A DNA stretch of 58,914 nucleotides, taken from contig JBIOTW010000037.1 in NCBI GenBank assembly GCA_044866355.1, positions 1 to 58,914 on the forward strand, in the 5' to 3' direction. The translations under genes and the position numbers were made by a program. Positions 1 through 10,170 of this stretch are shown in pieces (the first letter of the stretch is position 1; each line of letters opens with the position of its first letter). The notes under the pieces were generated by a model. It was not told the origin of the DNA. It ran no database searches and worked only from the letters and a program-made list of their open reading frames with translations. The stretch comes from Candidatus Limnocylindria bacterium. GTDB taxonomy: Bacteria > Chloroflexota > Limnocylindria > QHBO01.

Positions 1-661
1 GCAGCTGGAGAGCGCTGGGCGCGGCGTTGATGATGTTCGCCGCGTTGGCGAGTTGCTCCGCGGCCAGGAATTCGCCCTCGGCGTTGATGATCTTCGCCCG
101 CTTGTCGCGTTCGGCCTCCGCCTGGCGGGCCATCGCGCGCTTCATCTCCTGCGGCAGCTCGACGTCCTTGACCTCGACGATGCTGACCTTGATGCCCCAC
201 GGCGCCGTTTGCTCGTCGATGATCTGCTGAAGGCGCGTGTTGATCTCTTCGCGCTTGCTGAGCAGCTCGTCCAGCTCCGATTGGCCGAGCACGGAGCGCA
301 TCGTGGTCTGCGCGATCTGAAGCGTGGCGACCAGGAACTTCTCGACCCGCACAACCGCCGCCTCAGGGTCGACGACGCGGAAATAGCAGACGGCGTTGAC
401 GCGCACCGTGACGTTGTCGCGGGTGATCGCCTCTTGGCTCGGGATGTCGAGTGTCACGACCCTCAGGTCGATCTTCACCATGCGGTCGATGAACGGGATG
501 ATGAAGAACAGCCCCGGTCCTTTCGCGCCGACCAGTCGGCCGAGCCGAAAGATCACGCCGCGCTCGTACTCCTGCACCACCTTCACCGCGGCGCCGACGA
601 GGCTCACGATGATGACCGCCGCGACGCCAAGGACCGGCAATAGACCGATGAGGTCTTCCAT
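1..661 (-). CDS. Slipin / SPFH (band 7, stomatin-like) protein, 3' end runs off the window
   Basis: Read manually on the minus strand from ATG at 661: [91 protein letters not shown]. Typical stomatin N-terminus, abutting the nfeD stop. Confidence 0.93.
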   Translation of the reverse strand, partial: MEDLIGLLPVLGVAAVIIVSLVGAAVKVVQEYERGVIFRLGRLVGAKGPGLFFIIPFIDRMVKIDLRVVTLDIPSQEAITRDNVTVRVNAVCYFRVVDPEAAVVRVEKFLVATLQIAQTTMRSVLGQSELDELLSKREEINTRLQQIIDEQTAPWGIKVSIVEVKDVELPQEMKRAMARQAEAERDKRAKIINAEGEFLAAEQLANAANIINAAPSALQL

Positions 662-2002
662 CTAGCTCTCCTTCTGGTCGGCTGCCTCCGGCAGCTGCTC
701 CACGATGAGGTCGAGTCCCTCTCGACCGATGATGCGGACATGATCTCCCGGCCTCAAGGCCGTGTCCGCTTCGGCAGGACGCGCGCGCCACAGCTCGCCC
801 TCGACGAAAACCGATGACGTCCCGCGCACGCTGCCCTCGCGCCCGACCATGTCCCTGCCGCCGATAAAGGCGGGTCGCCGTCGAGTTCGCATGACGGCCC
901 GCAGCGCAAACAGGACGAATGCCACGAGAGCCAGGGTGATGCCGAAGATCAGCGGCCGACTGATCTCCAGAAACGGCGCTTGGCTGTCGTCGACCAGGAT
1001 CAGAGCCCCGAGCACGAACGCGATCGCGCCACCGATGCCCAGCACGCCCCCGGACGCGACCCAGATCTCGGCGCCCAGCAGCGCCAGTCCCAAGACGAGC
1101 AGCGCCAGCCCGGCATAGTTGATCGGCAGCGTGCCCAGACTGAATAGCGCCAGGATGAGGGCGATGGCGCCGAAGATGCCTGGAAAGAAGGCGCCCGGGC
1201 TGCTGAGCTCGAAGTAGATGCCGAGGGTCCCAAGGCTGAGCAGGATCAGCGCGATGTTCGGATCGGAGAGGACGACCAGGAACTCCTCGAAGGGCGACAT
1301 CGGTTCCTCGACCACCACTGCGCCGCTGGTGGCCAGCGTGACGTCGTCATCGAGCAGGCGAACGGTCATGCCGTCGATGACGTCGAGCAGCTCGACCCGA
1401 TCGCGCGCGACGAGGTCCACCACGTCGAGCTCCAGGGCCTCCGTCGCCCCGACCGATACGCCGTTGCGAACCGCCTCCTCTGCCCAGTCGGCGTTTCTGC
1501 CACGCGCCTCGGCGATGCTGCGGGCGTAGACGGCCGTGTCGTTGATGATCTTGGTGCGCAGGTCATCCGGGAGCTCCTGGCCCTCGCCGCTGACGGGTGT
1601 GGCCGCCCCGATCCGCGTGCTTGGCGCCATGGCCGCCACGTGCGCTGCCATGGTGATGAACGTGCCGGCCGAGGCCGCGTGCGAGCCTGCCGGTGTCACG
1701 TACACGATCACCGGGAGTCGCGCGTTGAGCAGCGCGCCGGTGATCTCCTGGGTCGCGTCGAGCAAGCCGCCGGGCGTATCCAGCTCGATCAGCACCGCGG
1801 CGTCACCTTCTTCGGTGGCCTCCTCGATGCCGCGCACCAGGTAGCGTGCCGAGACGGGATTGATGATGCCGTCCACGATGAGCACGCGGACCTCACCCGC
1901 GGCGGCGCTCACATCACTCGGAGTCCCGATGCCGAGCGACAGGACACCAAGGCAAAGTGCCGCGAGCGATAACCCGCGTCTGAGCGTGCGCGCGAGAGGC
2001 AT
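662..2002 (-). CDS. nfeD: NfeD family membrane-bound ClpP-like protease (long form)
   Basis: LDTPGG, AASAGTFI and AAMAPSTRIGAATPV motifs, multiple TM helices, C-terminal OB fold (VFVEGELWRA). Start uncertain (2002, 2023 or 2065). Confidence 0.92.
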   Translation of the reverse strand: MPLARTLRRGLSLAALCLGVLSLGIGTPSDVSAAAGEVRVLIVDGIINPVSARYLVRGIEEATEEGDAAVLIELDTPGGLLDATQEITGALLNARLPVIVYVTPAGSHAASAGTFITMAAHVAAMAPSTRIGAATPVSGEGQELPDDLRTKIINDTAVYARSIAEARGRNADWAEEAVRNGVSVGATEALELDVVDLVARDRVELLDVIDGMTVRLLDDDVTLATSGAVVVEEPMSPFEEFLVVLSDPNIALILLSLGTLGIYFELSSPGAFFPGIFGAIALILALFSLGTLPINYAGLALLVLGLALLGAEIWVASGGVLGIGGAIAFVLGALILVDDSQAPFLEISRPLIFGITLALVAFVLFALRAVMRTRRRPAFIGGRDMVGREGSVRGTSSVFVEGELWRARPAEADTALRPGDHVRIIGREGLDLIVEQLPEAADQKES

Positions 2003-2179
2003 TCGTCTACCTAGCGTCGTCACGGTCAAAATAGAAGCCACCGGCCATGCGCCAGCAGTCTCCACCTTACGCCTGATAGGGAAGGACGTCGCTTCCGGGG
2101 CCAGATGGTCCGCCGCCCACTCGTCTGCGGACTCGATTCGCGATCGGGCGATTTCGGCAGTTCCCTCTCGATCCGCCGA

Positions 2180-2209
2180 TTGACCCTCGGATGACCGGAT
2201 CGGTATCCT
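2180..2209 (+). promoter_or_regulatory. sigma70-type promoter for tRNA-tilS
   Basis: TTGACC (2180-2185), 18-bp spacer, TATCCT (2204-2209), 12 nt upstream of the tRNA. Confidence 0.7.
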
Positions 2210-2221
2210 CTGTGATCGCGT

Positions 2222-2296
2222 GGCGGAGTAGCTCAGTGGTAGAGCAGGGGACTCATAAGCCCTTGGTCGGTGGTTCGAATCCGCCCTCCGCTACCA
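2222..2296 (+). tRNA. tRNA with CAT anticodon (most likely elongator Met; Ile2 not excluded)
   Basis: GGCGGAG acceptor pairs with CTCCGCT; D arm GCTC-AGTGGTA-GAGC; anticodon loop CT-CAT-AA; T loop TTCGAAT; encoded CCA. No C1:A72 mismatch, so not initiator. Confidence 0.95.
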
Positions 2297-2316
2297 GATC
2301 CCCCCTCCTCGCATGG

Positions 2317-3243
2317 ATGGCGGACGGGGCCGCCCGGACCGGCATCCCGGATGGCGCTCCGCTGGTCCTGGCCGTGTCGGGTGGCCCGGACTCGATGGCG
2401 CTGCTGCATGCGGCCCTCCGCCTGGCACCGGACCGAGGCTGGCAGCTGGTGGTCGCCCACCTCGACCACGGCCTGCGGCCGGACTCGGGCTCGGACGCCA
2501 CGTTCGTGACCGATGCCGCCGATGCCCTGTCGCTGCCCTGGCGCCTGCGGCGGACCGATGTCGCCGCCCAGGCGGCGACCGACGGGGTGGGGATCGAGGA
2601 GGCCGGCCGCGCCGCGCGCTACGCGTTCTTCGACGAGGTCGCCGACAGCCTGGGTCCGGAAGCCCTGATCGTCACGGCGCATACCGCCGATGACCAGGCC
2701 GAGACCGTGCTCATGAACCTGGTCCGGGGCAGCGGGCAGCACGGTCTGCGCGGGATGCCGGCGCGGCGCGGCCGCGTGGTGCGGCCCCTGCTCGATGTCC
2801 GCAGATCCGATCTGCGGGAGGCACTGGAGGCCGCCGGAATCCCGTACCGCGTGGATCCCTCGAATGCGGACGCCGACCGCTCGCGGGCATGGGTGCGGGC
2901 CGAGCTGTTGCCGGCGCTCCATCGCCTCAACCCGTCTGCGGTGGCGGCGCTCAACCGCTACGCCGAGCTGGCGGCAGAGGACGACGACCTGCTGGATGCG
3001 TTGGCGGCGGAGGAGCTGGTGCACCGGCGTAACGCCGATGGGACCATCGACTGGCGCGTTCCGCCGCCGACTTCGCTGGGGCGACGCGTCCTGCGCCTGG
3101 CGATCGGGGATCCGGCGCCGGCCGCGGATCGCATCGAGGCGGTCCTGGACGCGGCCAGCGGCCCGCGTGGCGGGCTCGTCATCGAGCTCGGTCGGGGACG
3201 GACGGCGACGATCCGCGGCCGGCGCATCCGTATCGGTCCGTGA
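2317..3243 (+). CDS. tilS: tRNA(Ile)-lysidine synthetase (short form)
   Basis: AVSGGPDS PP-loop, HLDHGLR, TAHTADDQAETVL and RPLL motifs. Start placed at the first plausible in-frame ATG after the tRNA. Confidence 0.93.
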   Translation: MADGAARTGIPDGAPLVLAVSGGPDSMALLHAALRLAPDRGWQLVVAHLDHGLRPDSGSDATFVTDAADALSLPWRLRRTDVAAQAATDGVGIEEAGRAARYAFFDEVADSLGPEALIVTAHTADDQAETVLMNLVRGSGQHGLRGMPARRGRVVRPLLDVRRSDLREALEAAGIPYRVDPSNADADRSRAWVRAELLPALHRLNPSAVAALNRYAELAAEDDDLLDALAAEELVHRRNADGTIDWRVPPPTSLGRRVLRLAIGDPAPAADRIEAVLDAASGPRGGLVIELGRGRTATIRGRRIRIGP

Positions 3244-3272
3244 ACCTATCGGGGTAGTCCCATCGACTCCAT

Positions 3273-3301
3273 TTGTTGCTATGGGTGAGCGTCCCTATAC
3301 T
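3273..3301 (+). promoter_or_regulatory. sigma70-type promoter of ftsH
   Basis: TTGTTG, 17-bp spacer, TATACT (3296-3301). Confidence 0.6.
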
Positions 3302-3333
3302 CAGGTCCGGTCGTCCCCCCTTCTTGCATTGGA

Positions 3334-5304
3334 GTGCGCCCCCGCCTCGTGAACAGCCGACTCGTCCGCAGCAGCATCCTGATCGTGGTCGCCCTGTTCG
3401 CGATGGCCATGCTGTGGACCTACCTCATGGGCTCGAACGAGGGTGAGCCGTACACGTACAGCCAGCTCCTGACCGATGCGCAAGAAGGTCAGGTCAAATC
3501 CGTCACCCAGGACGGCACCACCTTGACCGTCGACTTCGTCGACACATCCGTCGAGCCGAAGACGGCCGTCGTCCCATCGGACAACATCAACGTCTTCACC
3601 GAGGTGTGCGCCGCAACTGGCCATGAGCCAGGCCCGACGTGCCCGATCGTGTACGAAGCGGTCGCGGCCAGCGGGACGGGCCAGCTGCTCGGCTACCTGA
3701 TCACGGCCCTTGTGCCGGTCCTCCTCATCGGCGCCTTCTTCTTCTTCATGATGCGCCAGGCCCAGGGCACCAATAACCAGGCCATGAGCTTCGGCAAGAG
3801 CCGAGCCCGGATGTTCCTGGGCAGCAAGACGGTCGTCACCTTCGCCGACGTGGCCGGGGTCGAGGAGGCTAAGCAGGAGCTGACCGAGGTGGTCGAGTTC
3901 CTGAAGTACCCCGAGAAGTTCAACGCGCTCGGGGCCCGCATCCCGCGCGGCGTGCTGCTGGTCGGCCCGCCGGGCACCGGAAAGACGCTCCTCGCCCGGG
4001 CGGTGGCCGGCGAGGCGGGCGTCCCGTTCTTCTCGATCTCCGGGTCGGAGTTCGTGGAGATGTTCGTGGGCGTGGGTGCCAGCCGGGTGCGCGACCTGTT
4101 CGAGCAGGCCAAGCGCAACTCCCCGTGCATCGTGTTCGTGGACGAGATCGACGCCGTCGGCCGCCAGCGTGGCGCCGGCCTGGGCGGGTCGCACGACGAG
4201 CGCGAGCAGACCCTGAACCAGATCCTGGTCGAGATGGACGGCTTTGACACGAACACGAACGTCATCGTGGTGGCCGCCACCAACCGGCCGGACGTCCTGG
4301 ACCCCGCCCTCCTGCGACCAGGTCGGTTCGACCGCCAGGTGGTGCTGGATCGGCCCGATATCAAGGGTCGCCGCGAGATCCTCGACGTCCACGTCAAGGG
4401 CAAGCCCCTGGACAAGACGGTCGACCTGGACGACCTGGCCCGCCGCTCCCCGGGATTCTCGGGCGCGGACCTCGCCAACCTGGTCAACGAGGCGGCCATC
4501 CTCGCCGCGCGGCGCAACAAGAAGACCATCACCCAGCCCGAGTTCACCGAGGCGGTGGACCGCGTGATCGCCGGTCCCGAGCGGCGCAGCCGGATCATCA
4601 CCGAGGACGAGAAGAAGATCATCGCCTACCACGAGGGCGGTCACGCCGTCGTCCAGCGCGCGCTTCCCAAGTGCGACCCGGTCACCAAGGTGACCATCGT
4701 GTCGCGCGGGATGGCCCTGGGCTACACCATGAGCCTGCCCAGCGAGGACCGATACCTCCACAGCAAGACCGAGTTCGAGGACAAGATCGCCGGCATGCTG
4801 GGCGGCCATGTCTCGGAGGAGATCGTGTTCGGCGACACGACCACCGGCGCCAGCAACGACATCGAGAAGGCCACCAACCTGGCGCGGGCCATGGTCACCC
4901 AGTACGGGATGAGCGATGCGCTGGGCCCGCTGGCCTTCGGCAAGAAGGAAGAGATGATCTTCCTGGGCCGCGAGATCTCCGAGCAGCGCAACTACTCCGA
5001 CGAGGTGGCGGCCAAGATCGACGTCGAGGTGCGCCGGATCATCGACCAGGCCTATGAGCGGGCCCGAGTGGCTCTGACCGAGCACCGCGCCGTCCTTGAC
5101 CGCCTGGCCGATCTGCTGGTGGAGAAAGAAACGATCGAGGCGGCGGAGTTCGAAGCCCTGTGGGACGGGGTCCTGCCGCCGCGCGACCTGGGCGGTCCCA
5201 AGCCGGCCGAGTCGGCCCCGGTGGACGAGCTTCCCGAAGCGGCCGGCGAAGAAGAAACCGCTGCCCCGCGCCGCCGACGCGGCCCCGCGCCCCAGCCAGC
5301 CTGA
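3334..5304 (+). CDS. ftsH: ATP-dependent zinc metalloprotease FtsH
   Basis: Two TM segments, Walker A GPPGTGKT, Walker [28 protein letters not shown] zinc motif. Confidence 0.98.
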   Translation: MRPRLVNSRLVRSSILIVVALFAMAMLWTYLMGSNEGEPYTYSQLLTDAQEGQVKSVTQDGTTLTVDFVDTSVEPKTAVVPSDNINVFTEVCAATGHEPGPTCPIVYEAVAASGTGQLLGYLITALVPVLLIGAFFFFMMRQAQGTNNQAMSFGKSRARMFLGSKTVVTFADVAGVEEAKQELTEVVEFLKYPEKFNALGARIPRGVLLVGPPGTGKTLLARAVAGEAGVPFFSISGSEFVEMFVGVGASRVRDLFEQAKRNSPCIVFVDEIDAVGRQRGAGLGGSHDEREQTLNQILVEMDGFDTNTNVIVVAATNRPDVLDPALLRPGRFDRQVVLDRPDIKGRREILDVHVKGKPLDKTVDLDDLARRSPGFSGADLANLVNEAAILAARRNKKTITQPEFTEAVDRVIAGPERRSRIITEDEKKIIAYHEGGHAVVQRALPKCDPVTKVTIVSRGMALGYTMSLPSEDRYLHSKTEFEDKIAGMLGGHVSEEIVFGDTTTGASNDIEKATNLARAMVTQYGMSDALGPLAFGKKEEMIFLGREISEQRNYSDEVAAKIDVEVRRIIDQAYERARVALTEHRAVLDRLADLLVEKETIEAAEFEALWDGVLPPRDLGGPKPAESAPVDELPEAAGEEETAAPRRRRGPAPQPA

Positions 5305-5453
5305 GCCCCACCCGGCCGGGAGCGGTCGCGGCACCCGGACGGCGCTAGTCCTATCGGCCCATTCCAGTTCGTGAAGGGGTGGTCGTATACTCGCCACTGG
5401 TGCGTCTGGGCACCTGCCCGGAGCCCGGCACGACAGCGAGGCCGACCTCCCAC

Positions 5454-6533
5454 ATGATCGACGAATCGCCCGCTCCGCAGGCCGTCGCCGCGGACTGGAA
5501 GCTCGAGACCAACGGCGCCGCGCTCGACCCTCGCAGCGCGCTGGAAGTCCTGACCAATCTCAATGAGCGCGTGTCGGAGGGCAAGGTCGGCGACCTGCAG
5601 CCCATCGCCACCGGCTTCGTCCCGTTCGACAAGGCCATCGGCGGCGGGCTGCGAGCCGGGGAGCTGATGCTGATCGGCGGGGCCCAGGGCTCGGGCAAGA
5701 CGACCCTGGCCCTCCAGATGGCCCGCAACATGGCCGCGTCGGGCCAGGCCAGCGTGCTGTACGTGTGCTTCGAGCACGAGGAGGACTACCTCGTCCAGCG
5801 CATGATCGCCATGGAGTCCGCGCTCGCCGCCCTGCCCAAGAAGACCGGTGCGGTGAAGATCCAGGATGTCCGCCAGGAGGTGCTCTCCACCTTCGAGGCG
5901 GCCGCTGAAGCCGGCCAGACCGCCAAGCTGGGCGCCAACCCGCGCCTGCGACCCAGCCTGGAGCGGATCGCGCGCTACGGCAACTCGATGTACCTCATGC
6001 GCGGCACGGCCACCGACCACACCGTTGACAACCTGCGCGCCCTGGTCGAGACCCGCGCCGACGGCGAGGACCGGCGACTCGTCCTGTTCGTGGACTACCT
6101 TCAGAAGGTGCCGGTCATCCCGGAGCCGACGACCGAGGAGGAGAAGGTGACCCGGGTGGTGAACGGGCTCAAGGACATCGCCCTGGCCACTGAGATCGCG
6201 GTGGTGGCCATCGTGGCGGCCGATCGGGAGGGCCTCAAGGCCAAGCGCCTGCGGAACCACCACCTGCGCGGCAGCAGCGCCATCAACTACGAGGCCGACA
6301 TCATCCTGATCCTGAACGACAAGTACAACATCGTGGCCAAGGTCAACATCGAGTTCAACCCGTACCAGGCCCAGCGCTACCGCGACTGGGTGGTGGCCAC
6401 GGTCGAGAAGAACCGGGGCGGGCAGGACAACATCGACTTCGAATGGCAGAAGCTCTTCCAGTACAGCTGCTTTGATCCGAACGGCCGCATCACGGCCGAG
6501 AAGCTGATCGAAGAGCGCCTCTACACCGAGTAA
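5454..6533 (+). CDS. DnaB-like (SF4/RecA-fold) ATPase, C-terminal domain only
   Basis: IATGFVPFDKAIGGGLRAGEL, Walker A GAQGSGKT, Walker B LFVDYLQ, LRGSSAINYEADIILIL and KNRGG arginine finger. No DnaB N-terminal domain. TATACT at 5386-5391 upstream. Confidence 0.8.
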   Translation: MIDESPAPQAVAADWKLETNGAALDPRSALEVLTNLNERVSEGKVGDLQPIATGFVPFDKAIGGGLRAGELMLIGGAQGSGKTTLALQMARNMAASGQASVLYVCFEHEEDYLVQRMIAMESALAALPKKTGAVKIQDVRQEVLSTFEAAAEAGQTAKLGANPRLRPSLERIARYGNSMYLMRGTATDHTVDNLRALVETRADGEDRRLVLFVDYLQKVPVIPEPTTEEEKVTRVVNGLKDIALATEIAVVAIVAADREGLKAKRLRNHHLRGSSAINYEADIILILNDKYNIVAKVNIEFNPYQAQRYRDWVVATVEKNRGGQDNIDFEWQKLFQYSCFDPNGRITAEKLIEERLYTE

Positions 6534-6630
6534 CGGCGCCGCCGCGCCATCCTGGGCAAGATGGCGATGGGCGCTGCCTGACCGACGGCCTGGCGGCGAG
6601 TCCTCTCGCCCCCGGGTAGGCTCTAACCCG

Positions 6631-7386
6631 ATGTCCGATTCCAGCTCGCCGCGTCCGCCGCTGCGGGCGGTCTTTCTCGACGTGGGCGAAACGCTCATGC
6701 ATCCGCAGCCGACCTGGGAGCACGTCTACGCGCGGGCGTTCGCCGATTTCGGGGTGGCGGTCGAGATGCCGGCGCTCCAGACATCCCTGCGTCGCGTCTA
6801 TCGGGGTGGCGGCTACGGCTTCGACGGCAGCCTGGTGCCCAGCGCCGACGCGAGCCATCGACGCCTGGTGGAGATGGATCAGACTGCGTTCAACGAGGTT
6901 GGGATCGGCCCGCTTCCGGAGGAATTCTTCCGGCACCTCGCGAACCTATTCATGGATCCCGCCACGTGGTACGTCTTCCCTGACGTCCGGGTCGTATTGC
7001 CCCAGCTGAAGGACCGCGGCCTGGTGCTGGGCGCGGTGTCCAACTGGGCGTGGCAGCTCCCCGAGCTGCTCGACGCGCTGGATCTGGGCCGATACCTGGA
7101 ATTCGTGGCCGCCAGCGCGCGGATCGGCTTCGACAAACCACACCCCGGCATCTTCCGCTGGGCACTGGACCGGGCCGGGGTGGCCCCCGAATCGGTCATG
7201 CACGTCGGCGACCACGTGGATGCCGACGTGGCCGGCGCACGGCAGGTGGGGATCGAGCCGATCCTCATCGACCGTCGCGGCCGATACCAGCCACCACCGG
7301 ATGACGTGCCGGTGATCCGGACCCTCGACGAGCTGCTGCCGATGGTGGATGGCCGAATGCCCGCGGCGCCACGCGCCTCTGGCTGA
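6631..7386 (+). CDS. HAD-IA family hydrolase
   Basis: FLDVGETL, VSN, KPHP and HVGDHVDADVAGA motifs. Confidence 0.9.
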   Translation: MSDSSSPRPPLRAVFLDVGETLMHPQPTWEHVYARAFADFGVAVEMPALQTSLRRVYRGGGYGFDGSLVPSADASHRRLVEMDQTAFNEVGIGPLPEEFFRHLANLFMDPATWYVFPDVRVVLPQLKDRGLVLGAVSNWAWQLPELLDALDLGRYLEFVAASARIGFDKPHPGIFRWALDRAGVAPESVMHVGDHVDADVAGARQVGIEPILIDRRGRYQPPPDDVPVIRTLDELLPMVDGRMPAAPRASG

Positions 7387-7408
7387 GGTACGGACGGGGC
7401 GCCGACTC

Positions 7409-7990
7409 GTGCAGGAAACGTGGCGTTGCTTCGTCGCCGTGCCGCTGGCACCCAAGCTGCGGACCGATCTCGAAGCCGCGGCCGGCGCATGGCGGGCATT
7501 GGGACATGCACCTGATCTGCGCTGGACCGATCCCAACGGCTGGCACGTGACCCTCGCCTTCCTGGGCGCGACCGACGCGTCGGCTGTGCCCGGACTGGTC
7601 GCCTCGCTGCGCAACGTCGCGGCCGAGACGTCGCCCTTCCGGGTTTCGACTGGCGGTGTGGGCGCCTTTCCGCGGCCGGGAGCCGCGCAGGCCATCTGGT
7701 ACGGCGTGTTCGACCCGGATCGTCGCCTGAAGGACCTCGCGTCGCGCGTCCAGGCCGCGGTCCTGCCTCCCGGGCCACCCGCCCGCTTCCGCGCCCACGT
7801 CACGCTGGCTCGGAGCCGGGTCCGGCGCGGTGAACCGCTGGGCCCGTGGTTGGCGACGCTCGAGCCGCCGCCGGGGACATTGGCGGTGAACGCGCTGACC
7901 ATGTTCCGGAGCCACCGTGGGCGTGGCCCGGCCCGCTACGAGGTCCTTGCCAGGCTGCCACTGCGCGGCGCAGGATCGGGGCATGGTTGA
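7409..7990 (+). CDS. thpR: RNA 2',3'-cyclic phosphodiesterase (2H phosphoesterase)
   Basis: RCFVAV start and two HVTL motifs (WHVTLAFLG, FRAHVTLAR). Confidence 0.9.
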   Translation: MQETWRCFVAVPLAPKLRTDLEAAAGAWRALGHAPDLRWTDPNGWHVTLAFLGATDASAVPGLVASLRNVAAETSPFRVSTGGVGAFPRPGAAQAIWYGVFDPDRRLKDLASRVQAAVLPPGPPARFRAHVTLARSRVRRGEPLGPWLATLEPPPGTLAVNALTMFRSHRGRGPARYEVLARLPLRGAGSGHG

Positions 7991-8516
7991 GCCCATCGTT
8001 CGGGAGCCGCGGCCACCAGCGGTCGCCGTCATCGGCGACGGCGATCCTCGCGGGCCCGATGCCCACCGGATCCTGGAGTGGGCCGAAGAGGTCGGGCAGC
8101 TGCTGGCCCGCGGCGGGGCAACCGTCATCACCGGCGGTCTCGGCGGAGTCATGCGGGCCGCCTCGCGCGGCGCCCGGGTCGCGGGCGGCTCGACGATCGG
8201 AATCCTGCCCGGGGCCGACGCCGCCGATGCCAACGAGTTCGTGCAGCTGGCGATCCCCACCGGCCTCGGCGTCGTGAGGAACCTGGTGGTCGTGACCGCA
8301 TCCGATGCGGTCGTGGCCGTCGGCGGGCGGCATGGCACGCTCTCGGAAATCGGTCTGGCGCTGCGCATGGGACGCGAGGTGGTCGGCCTCGGGTCGTGGC
8401 GGATCGAGGCCGATCAGCGCGTCGGCGGTCCGCGCCTGCATCGGGCGCGCGACCCGCGCGAGGCGGCCCAGCTCGCCCTTCGGCTGGCCAAGGCAGGACC
8501 CACCACCACGGCCTGA
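7983..8516 (+). CDS. TIGR00725 family Rossmann-fold (LOG/SLOG-like) protein
   Basis: VAVIG, ITGGLGGVMRAASRGA, TIGILPG, RN and GTLSEIGLAL motifs. Confidence 0.88.
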   Translation: MVEPIVREPRPPAVAVIGDGDPRGPDAHRILEWAEEVGQLLARGGATVITGGLGGVMRAASRGARVAGGSTIGILPGADAADANEFVQLAIPTGLGVVRNLVVVTASDAVVAVGGRHGTLSEIGLALRMGREVVGLGSWRIEADQRVGGPRLHRARDPREAAQLALRLAKAGPTTTA

Positions 8517-8522
8517 ACCAGA

Positions 8523-8546
8523 ACGCCGGCCCTCGCGGGCCGGCGT
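8523..8546. terminator. Hairpin between convergent genes (probable bidirectional terminator)
   Basis: ACGCCGGCCC-TCGC-GGGCCGGCGT, a perfect 10-bp stem. Confidence 0.7.
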
Positions 8547-8570
8547 CATCGTTTCAGCGGCTCCTCGCCT

Positions 8571-10160
8571 TCAGTCGACGATGCCGCGCTGTGGCAGTTG
8601 ATACAACGATCTCGGATCGTATGGCATCAGGATCTCGCTGTTTCCCACGATCTTCCATCGGTAACTCACGATCTGTACGGCCGCGATGTCGCCGCTGACT
8701 GTACCGCTCCCGTTCAGGGTGACGAGTTGATCGGCTGCGTAGATCGTCCCACCAATGGCCAAGGCCTGTGTGCCACCGCCAAGTTTGATCTCGCACGCTA
8801 ACAGCGGACAACTGGCTCTCCAGTCGTGCCACAGCAGCATTCCCTTAAAGGGGCACGTTGTGGGATCGACGCTGCACGCGTAGTCACCAATCGCGTATGC
8901 CTGGAACTTGATGCCCGATGTGAAATCGATTCCAGACTGGCAATGCTTATCCGGTTCGGCGATCCAGTCGGCGGCGCACCCCGCCGCGTACAGTGGGTTA
9001 TCGGTGTTGTAGATCATCACTTGCGCGGTCGACGGACCTCCGGCGCCGGCAATGGCCTCGATTACGCTTCCCGTTTGCTTGATGCCGCCACCCGCGATGA
9101 TGTAGATGCCTGGCTCCATCTGGATCCGATACTTGTCCGTACTCAGCTGCCAGCCCCCGTAATAGACGCCCGGCGACAGCGTCACGCATCGGATCGAGGC
9201 ATCGTCTGCGCACGGCACCCAAGTCCAATTGATGCCGCCGGCCCCGCACCCCTGGCTCGCCACAGCGGTAGTCTGAGGTCCGGACGCCCCGCAGCGCGCG
9301 CCAGGCGTTGAGGCGCTCACTGCTGGGCCACGAAGGCTCGCCATTGGGTCATAGACGGGCAGAGCTCCTTGGTATACCTGGCTGCCGTCCTCGGTGGTGA
9401 TGGTTGCGCCACCATTCAGCGCGCAATCGCCATAGGTGTAAGCAGCCGGGGCGGTAAGGCTCGATGAGCCCGACACCTTGAGAGCACCCGATCCGCCACC
9501 ACAGTCTGCCAGCCCTTCAGGACTCACCGGGCCGTCACAGTCCGAATTGATGTGCAGGTATCCACCATCAAACGGCAATCCGGTGTCGGGGTCGATGATG
9601 GGCTCAATGGTCACCTTGGCGCCCGTGCTGGGGCCGCCGTTCCCCTGAATCATTCCCGCATCGCAACCATGTGGGTCGAGCGCGTGAAGAGAGGAGCCGT
9701 AGCCTCCGTCGTCCGTGTTCGCCGCCGTTGCCCCAGTGGTAACTATCGCGGTGTCTTGCCCGAACAGCCGCCCAAAGAAGAGCGGATGAGTTGCATGAAT
9801 AATCACCTGCACGAAGCCATTGCGACCCCTAAATGCCCCGCTGATTGGCGGAGTTTTGACTTGAAGATCCCCCGACGCGAGGGCGGCCGCGCAGTTTGCA
9901 TCCGTCTGGAAGAAGCCGTTCTCCTGGACATAGAAGCACGCGTCGGCCTCCATCGCGGGCATGTTGACCGTGGGGTTCCCCGTGACCGGGTCGCGGAGCC
10001 ATCTGGCGGCCGCGATCGCGGCTGGATCTACCGCATTCTGCTCATGGCGACGGAGCATCCAGGAGAAGCCCAGGTCCATGACAAGCGCCGCGATGCCGAG
10101 AAGGACGACCATCCCGGCCGCAACGACGATCAGGATTTGACCGCGCGGCTCGGACTTCAT
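8571..10160 (-). CDS. TadG-like pilus assembly / minor pilin with large Cys-rich extracellular domain
   Basis: Prepilin-like RG|QILIVVAAGM, then ALVMDLG...QNAVDPAAIAAA (Tad domain). C-terminus with beta-rich adhesin-like motifs (LSPGVYYGG, PGIYII, GTIYA). Confidence 0.85.
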   Translation of the reverse strand: MKSEPRGQILIVVAAGMVVLLGIAALVMDLGFSWMLRRHEQNAVDPAAIAAARWLRDPVTGNPTVNMPAMEADACFYVQENGFFQTDANCAAALASGDLQVKTPPISGAFRGRNGFVQVIIHATHPLFFGRLFGQDTAIVTTGATAANTDDGGYGSSLHALDPHGCDAGMIQGNGGPSTGAKVTIEPIIDPDTGLPFDGGYLHINSDCDGPVSPEGLADCGGGSGALKVSGSSSLTAPAAYTYGDCALNGGATITTEDGSQVYQGALPVYDPMASLRGPAVSASTPGARCGASGPQTTAVASQGCGAGGINWTWVPCADDASIRCVTLSPGVYYGGWQLSTDKYRIQMEPGIYIIAGGGIKQTGSVIEAIAGAGGPSTAQVMIYNTDNPLYAAGCAADWIAEPDKHCQSGIDFTSGIKFQAYAIGDYACSVDPTTCPFKGMLLWHDWRASCPLLACEIKLGGGTQALAIGGTIYAADQLVTLNGSGTVSGDIAAVQIVSYRWKIVGNSEILMPYDPRSLYQLPQRGIVD

Positions 10161-10170
10161 GACCTCACTC

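Noticed and set aside
2222-2296. tRNA as an integration site
   Set aside because: I found no duplicate of its 3' end in the window, and tilS follows immediately.
3301-5397. Long antisense ORFs opposite ftsH, and similar ones opposite topA, relA, alaS and dxs
   Set aside because: Expected from stop-poor reverse frames of GC-rich genes; no recognisable motifs.
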